Below the pieces are notes generated by a model that searched no databases, was not told the DNA's origin, and saw only the letters and a list, made by a program, of their open reading frames with translations. This document shows positions 56,889-64,000 of a DNA stretch of 64,000 nt, piece by piece. Made by a program: the position numbers and the translations under genes. Source of the stretch: Eledone cirrhosa. Taxonomy: Eukaryota. The DNA is taken from NCBI GenBank assembly GCA_964016885.1, contig OZ024742.1:260834001-260898000 (forward strand), in the 5' to 3' direction. Each line of letters opens with the position of its first letter. Position 1 is the stretch's first letter.

Positions 56889-59800
56889 TGTAATGGATAG
56901 ATGGAATTGTTGGTATGATGGTTTCAATGCAAAGAATAATAGGATTGTGTTGTTACAATGTTTATTTTATTAAAACAATATTCAATTTGAATATTGAATG
57001 ATAAAATCTATAACATGAAATATTCGTACAATAAGTTGGTGGTTCTTCGAGCCACGTAAATACAAGTATCACAGAATACTATATAATATAATTTGTATTG
57101 TATCTGAAAGATACAATATGACAGACAGAAATGATGCGTGTAAAAATGCAAGCAGTGTGAACTTACTATGTGTGCGTGTGTGCGTATTAGTATACTTTCT
57201 TGTCTTAGCAGTAGTAGTATTCAATCAGCCAGGCGGGAATGGCATGTGAGAAATTAGTGGACAGACTGGTTTTTCGTGATGGGAGATTTGACAGCGTAAG
57301 TGAATACCTCCTCTCTTATCTGTAGTACCACTTTTTCTGCTGGGCATAAACAAATCCTTGTATTTATAACTTCGTTGAAGTTAGAAGGATGGATATATAA
57401 TCTGACCTGTGGTTAGCATCTCCCAAGGGGTTGGTCTGTTAGGCGTAAACAACCTTTGTAATTATAACGGTTGAAGTTAGAAGGATGGATATATCATCTG
57501 ACCTCTTTTCTGCCGGGCGTAAACAACCGTCATCTGATCTGTGGTTAGCATCTCCCAGGGGGTTGGACTGCCGGGCGTAAACAACCAACCATGGCTTGTC
57601 CCAGAGGCGGGAAAGCTCAGATTCGGTTTTGAATCTTCGCCGGTTTCAATGCAGGAGTATTCCGTATCCCTTCCTTCAGCCTTCCAGAGCCACAGAGATG
57701 CCCAATCTACACCAGTTACTGGCACAGCAAGCAACACAGATACAGGTCTTGACGCAACAAATTCAGGCCTTGTCACTGGGTAACCCTGCCTCACGTCGGT
57801 CTAACAGTCGAACTCGCCGATTTGGTGGTCGCTCAAGAAGTCCGAGTGCATCCCGTTATTCGCCAGAAATGTGTTGGTACCACCAAAAATTCGGAAGACG
57901 GGCGCGCAAGTGCAGCCATCCCTGTTCATATTGTGTCAATGTCGAATCAGGGAAACGACACAGCCAAAAACTGAATGCAACGGACGTTTCTGGCCCTAAT
58001 AATCAAAGTCGCCTGTTTTTCATTCAGGATCGCGTCACAGACCCGCATTTCCTGGTCGACACTGGTGCTGAAGTCAGCATCATCCCGGTTTCCTGCGTTC
58101 CTAGAAAAAGGAAAGAAACACCAGCCTGGCTCCAAGCGGTGAATCATTCACCTATTCCGACCTACGGAGAACAGTCCCTGACACAAAATTTAGGACTATG
58201 CCGCACTTTCCAGTGGGTATTCGTTGTGGCTAAGCTGCCGACCCCTATTTTAGGAGCTGATTTTCTTCAGCACTTCTCACTGCTAGTGGACCTGAAAAAC
58301 CGACGACTTGTTGACAACTCCAGTGGTCTCGCTGTGTGCGGCATAGCCGCTCGGACAGCCACAGTCAGTCCAGTTATTTTACGCATACATCGACGACTTA
58401 CTGGTGGCCAGCGGCTCTGATGAAGAACATGAGAAACACCTGCACCTGCTATTCGAACGTTTGCGTGAATACGGAATTGTTATCAACCCCAGAAAATGTG
58501 AGTTCAGAGTTGCCTCCCTTCATTTTCTGGGACACATCATTGATAAAGATGGCATTCGCCCACTTAAGGAGAAAGTCAAATCCATCATTGATTTTCCACA
58601 ACCCACATCTCTCCGCAAAATGTGAGAATTTCTTGACCCGGTGAACTTATTTATACCCCACTGTTCAGAGACAGCCCAACCGCTCACAGATTTGCTGCGG
58701 CAGCGTACAACCAAAAACGCGAACATCAATCTCAGCGAAAAAGAATGTACCGCTTTCGCTGAGTTTAAGAAAATGTTGTCCGAGGCTACAATGCTGAGTT
58801 ACCCCAAACCTGATGCCCCAATGTGTGTATTGATTGATGCATCCGATTTGGGAGTTGGAGATGTGCTTCAACAACTCTCTGGCGATATTTGGCGACCTGT
58901 ATCTTTATTCTCTAAGCGATTAAAACCCGCCGAAACTAAGTACAGCACATTCAGTCGTGAATTATTGGCAGCATACCTTGCTGTCAAGCATTTTTGACAC
59001 ATGCTAGAAGGTCATGTGTTTTCCATATACACCAACCATAAACCACTAGTGTACGCATTCAACGCCAAGGCCTGATCGCCACACACCCAGGGAGGTCTGA
59101 CATCTGGACTTCATTTCTCAGTACACTACTAACATTCGGTACATTAAGGGTGTCACCAACTCAGCAGCTGATGCCCTGTCGCGCAAGGAGCTTAACGCAA
59201 TCCACACCACTGCCACTATCGACCTCCAGAAGATTGCAGCGGATCAACAGGATGACAAGGAACTGCTACAGCTCCGGAAAGCATCCTTCAAATTGCAGGA
59301 ATGCCCGCTGCCCTCTTCTTTAGGTTATATTTGGTGCGATATCTCCACAGGCCACGAGCGCCCATACGTGCCCCAGAAACATCGACGCAACCTTTTTTCG
59401 GCACTGCATTCTCTGGCACACCCTGGCGTCTGTGCCACGCAGAAACTGATGGTTGCCCGCTTTGTGTGGCCCAACATCAACAAGGAGACCCGCGAATGGG
59501 CTAGGAACTGTATCGCGTGCCAGAAGGCGAAAATTCACCGGCACATCAAAGCCGCGATCGGTTCTTTCACTACACTTGATGCACGGTTCCAATGTGTGCA
59601 CATAGACATCGTTGGACCTTTGCCTCCTTCTCACAATTACACTCATATTCTCACCTGTGTTGACCGATTTTCTCGCTGGCCTGACGGATATTACCGCGGA
59701 AACTGTCGCCAAAATGCTAGTGTTTCACTGTGTTTCGCGTTTCGGCACACCCGCGACCATCACTACAGATAGAGGACATCAGTTCGATTCGCACCTCTTT

Positions 59801-61542
59801 ACCGTGCTGACTCGTCTCCTCGGGTGTAAACACATCCGTACAACAGTGTATCACCTTGCAGCTAACGGCATAGTCGAACGTTTCCACCATCAGCTAAAAG
59901 CAGCCATGAAGGCTTATGCAGACTCCACTAACTGGTTCGAATACCTGCCACTCATTCTTCTTGGTATTCATTCCACTGTTAAGGAGGGAGTTGGACATTC
60001 TCCGGCTGAAATGGTTTATGGCATGGTACTCACTCTACCCGGGCAAATGATCGCTCCTGTGTGGCCACAAGAACTTCCAGACCCAACAAAATATGTGCAC
60101 TGTTTACGGTCATCGATGTCGCATCTGTCTCCTTCAGCACGCTACTTCACACATACCGAAAGACATCGACGCATGTTTTCGTTAGAAATGACGGTATTCC
60201 ATCGCAACTTCGTCTGCTGTATTCCGGGCTCTATAAGGTGAAACAGAAACGCCCTAAGCATTTTGTCCTCGACTTGAACAGGAAACGAAATACCGTCTCC
60301 ATTGACTGTTTAAAAAAAGCGTTCATGGAACAAGATTTGCCATCAGTACCCACCGTTTCTCCAGCAGACTCACCAAGAACTTTGCCCGACACAAATAAGA
60401 CAACTTCTGCACAACCCCGACACACCAAATCTGGAAGAACAGTTCGATGGCCCACGCGATACGTACAAGTTTATCGGGTAAGTACAAATTATGCACCTGG
60501 TCGACATTTCGGCTAATTTGTACATTTCAACGAATCGGCCAATTTCTGTGGTCATGAACTATTGCTACACACAAATCAATTGACTCTGTGCATCATACAC
60601 ATCAAAAGAACAGACAAAAGAAAATTTTTCCATTTCTACGAAATGAATGAACTATTACTGAATGAATTTTTAATCAACAAACTTTTTGTATGAACATTTT
60701 CAATTTTATGTAACATCACAGTACATTTTCCTGCATGTAAATTTGTTTGCTTTGCATGTTTTCTTTCATTTCGCCTCTTTGTAAATGACTTTAATGTATT
60801 TTGATTAATATTTTAATGTATTTTGATTAATATTTTGATTAATATTGAATGATAAAATCTATAACATGAAATATTCGCACAATAAGTTGGTGGCTCTTCG
60901 AACCAAGTAAATACAAGTATCACAGAATACTATATAATTGTTTCTAATTTTGGCACAAGGCCAGCAATTACCCAATGCATTACTGGTACTTTATTTTATC
61001 GACCCCGTAAGGATGAAAGGCAAAGTTAACCTCGGCGGGATTTGAACTCAGAATGGCAAGGACCATAACTCTATGCATCAAAGCATGGCATCCGACCCTC
61101 TACCGATACTGCCAATCCACCTATATAATATAATTTGTATTGTATCTGAAAGATACAATATGACAGACAGAAATGGTGCGTGTGTACATATTAGTATACT
61201 TTCTTGTCTTAGCAGTAGTAGTATTCTATCAGCCAGGCGGGAATGGCATGTGAGAAATTTGTGGACAGACTGATTTTTCGTGAAGGGAGGTTTGACAGCA
61301 TAAGTGAATTCCTCCTCTCTTATCTGTAGTACCACTTTTTTCTGCTGTGCATAAACAAATCCTTCTATTTATAACTTCGTTGAAGTTAGAAGGATGCATA
61401 TATCATCTGACCTGTGGTTAGCATCTCTCAAGGGCTTGGTCTGCCGGGTGTAAACAACCAACCACGGCTTGTCCCAGAGGCGGGAAAGCTCAGATTCGGT
61501 TTCGAATCTTCGCCGGTTTCAATGCAGGAGTATTCCGTTATA
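56889..61542. mobile_element. Rearranged Ty3/Gypsy element 2 (same family as element 1): LTRs 56889-57665 and 60841-61542 in minus orientation, gag-pol remnant 57666-60560 on plus
   Basis: TSD TTTG. CWYHQKFG, LVDTGAE, YIDD, RNase H and integrase motifs are on the plus strand. The N-terminal RT is deleted at about 58375. The LTRs are homologous to 4760-5284 in the same text orientation. Confidence 0.9.
60939..61120 (-). mobile_element. SINE family A inserted in an LTR
   Basis: TSD CTATATAAT. The empty site is in the other LTR at about 57079. Confidence 0.92.
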
Positions 61543-61854
61543 TTTGCATCATGAGCCTATTTATTATCTCGATTGTTAGTTTTTATTTGTCCAATCTCTT
61601 TAAAAAATTTTTTTTAACCCTATCTCTAATAAAATGTACTCTAATTCAATTAATTAATGAAGACTTTTGAGGTATTTACTAAAATTATTTATTATTTTAT
61701 TACTAAGATAGTAACGTAATGTAAGGTTCTTATATAAAATTATGTTGGAAATTAAAAATTAAAATTGGAAACCTTTAAAATAGGTTGTTTTATTTCATTG
61801 ACCCAAAGCCTGTTTTGGTTAAAATGGTATTGGTTATCATAGGTCATTCCAACA

Positions 61855-62030
61855 TTTGCATAAGGCCAGTAATTTTGGGGGTAAGGGGAAAGTCGATTAT
61901 ATGCGCCTAGTACTGACTGGTATTTCATTTTATCGACCTCGTTAGAATGAATGGCAAAGTTGACCGCGGCACAATTTGAACTCAGAACTTGAAGAACAAA
62001 AACAAATATGGTTAAGTATTTTTCCGACGC
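61855..62030 (-). mobile_element. Diverged SINE family A copy
   Basis: TTTTATCGACCTC...GGCAAAGTTGACCGCGGCACAATTTGAACTCAGA. Confidence 0.7.
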
Positions 62031-63249
62031 TCTCACGTCTTTAGTATTGTTTATCCTAATACAAGTTACTGTCACACCCAATTCACGTTCAAACACATCC
62101 GAGTGTATTAAAAGGGTAGGCAAAGTCTAAGCTTGGGATTCGAACAAAATCCTCATCGGACAAAAATCCTGCCGGATTATTAAAATGAAATTTATTTCAA
62201 AAATAGAAATTAACTGTATTTAAATTGTTTTATTGTGTACTATGTGGGATTTTTGTCAGGGCCCGATTAATGTAGTCCAAGATATACTGTGTCACCGTTG
62301 GAAGAGCAACAAAGGAGACATTAGATAATGCAACAGAGATAAAGCACATTTGCTAACAAAACTAGATGCCCAACAAAAACAAAACCTGTATAGCACTCTC
62401 TAGCGATTAGAGGTACACTGTTATTATACCGTCAATTATACTTCCGGCTCCACTAAATCCACAAACATTGGAGATATATTGTTATTTCTTTACATATATC
62501 CTCTCTATGTTAGTAATAACTAATTAACTACCGTAGTTAATTCCGAAGGTTATTCATTAACCAGATGAAGATAATAGAGATATCCTTTAAGAAGTAGTTG
62601 AAAGTTCTGCTTAATGTATTAATGTCCTCATCAATTTCATGTGTCATTCAGTACATTTCTCATTATTTCATCCTATAACTACGTTGTTATGTAAGTAACA
62701 TTCATATATTTTACACATTTCTTTTATATTTACATTTATACTCCATCTACACCGTTCCTGATCCCAGCAAAATTGTTTTCTTTTATCTTTTCCTTTTTGC
62801 ATTTCTTCATTCTCTCCAATTTCAGGTAAACTCCGTAATTTTCAGGAAATTTATATATATATTCTAATTCATTCAAATCCTCCTCTATTATTTTTTTTGT
62901 CTATGTTATTTATTCTCTATTATTGCTCTATGTTTCTATTCCATGTTCCCCTCAACGACCACTTCTTTGTTTTATAAACGTACACCAGACATTTGTATGT
63001 GAAAGAAATAGTGTTTCAATCAGTGATTCGTGGTATTTCTGCAGGATAAAGCGAGAGGAAGTGTTTGTATACTGAACTGTAAAATGTTACTCACATATCC
63101 AGATGAATTATTAAATACCAATGCTCACAACGCACACACATATAACCTGCTTTAGACTATCAAGACCATTATTCAGCAGATTACTCGAATCTGGAATTTG
63201 CTGTCGAAACGGCAAAAGCTCTGCCATCGGGCCTCGAGTCTCTAATTAA

Positions 63250-63465
63250 TATATATATAGTTCAAGGAGACAACAAACAGAGTTACAAAAAGTCTTATTA
63301 GTTTCACTCTTTATTTTGGTAAAAGGTAAGAAAGTTCGACGTGTCGGGCTTAAGCCCTTCTTCAGGAATACAAATAGAGACAGGATCACAATGGAGAAAC
63401 AGAATAAAACTTATGCCCCTGCCATTTCTAGCGTCATTATAAGCCTGTCATATTGTCCTTATATA
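63250..63465 (-). mobile_element. Penelope-like pseudo-LTR fragment with a mutated minimal hammerhead (63335-63368)
   Basis: Minus strand TTC-CTGAAGA-AGGGC-TTAA-GCCC-GACA-CGTC-GAA, followed by AATAAA. Confidence 0.7.
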
Positions 63466-64000
63466 TACGAGGCGGGATCAAAAAGTTCGCGGAATTTTTC
63501 AGAAAATAATCTATTTTTCAAAAAATATGATTTACCTTCAATTTATTTTTCTACATAGTTGCCATCCAGGTCAATACACTTCACAAGGCGATGCTTCCAG
63601 CTTCGTAAGCCGTCTCTAAAGAAAGTTGAAGGCCTTGTTCGAAGCCATGTATTGGCAGTGTTTTTAGCTTCTTCAACACCACTAAAACGGGTCTCTTTTA
63701 ACATTTCTCTGAGTTTGGGAAAGAGGAAAAAGTCTGATGGGGCTAAATCTGGACTATAAGGCGGGTGAGGAAGCACTTCCCATCGAAATTCTCGAAGAAC
63801 TTCTTTTGCAACCCGTGCAGAATGCGCTTGTGCATTGTCATGATGAAACAAGATCCCACCAGGAAGTTTCCCTTTTCGTTTCTTGACTAATGCCTCTTTC
63901 AGCTTCCCTAAAACATTTGCATAGTAAGCTCCTCTCACAGTTCTTTGACCTTCAAGATAATCTATTAGTATCACCCCATCTGAATCCTAGAAAATGGTGG
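63466..64000 (-). mobile_element. Mariner (DD34D) transposon, 3' part; transposase remnant 63543-63974, truncated by the window edge
   Basis: HHDNA...HPPYSPDLAPSDFFLF...CIDLDGNYVEK. TIR-like TACGAGGCGGGATCAAAAAGTT in a TA run. An in-frame stop replaces W of FWD at about 63988. Confidence 0.93.

Noticed and set aside
63543-63974. Domesticated SETMAR-like gene
   Set aside because: It has a TIR-like end, an upstream in-frame stop and no SET domain in view.

Overview
This is AT-rich, TE-dense eukaryotic DNA, most likely from an octopus or other coleoid cephalopod (inferred from the SINE types and the zinc-finger style). It has no prokaryotic features. The host content is a cluster of KRAB-less, single-coding-exon C2H2 zinc-finger genes: two long ORFs (5765-7462 with 18 fingers; 35482-38301 with about 24 intact fingers, mostly built from a 165-bp two-finger unit) and two pseudogenes (about 28600-29040 and 50990-51525). 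All four share paralogous flanks. Almost everything else is nested mobile DNA: four decayed Ty3/Gypsy-type elements, three non-coding LTR elements primed by tRNA-Trp, at least seven solo LTRs, CR1, RTE and CRE LINEs, a Merlin/IS1595-type transposon, a mariner, three Helitrons, hAT and other MITEs, two SINE families and Penelope-type repeats with hammerhead-like cores. The most notable observations are: (1) many TSD-verified LTR insertions end in AAA or ATA instead of CA, at the U5 end wherever the PBS gives the orientation; (2) a TSD-flanked Gypsy has its gag-pol inverted relative to its own LTRs; (3) a TSD-flanked palindrome plus 432-bp tandem carries a hammerhead-like motif (retrozyme/Penelope-like); (4) one zinc-finger protein alternates two finger types with a shortened linker. 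All alignments were done by eye, and coordinates without a TSD are approximate.
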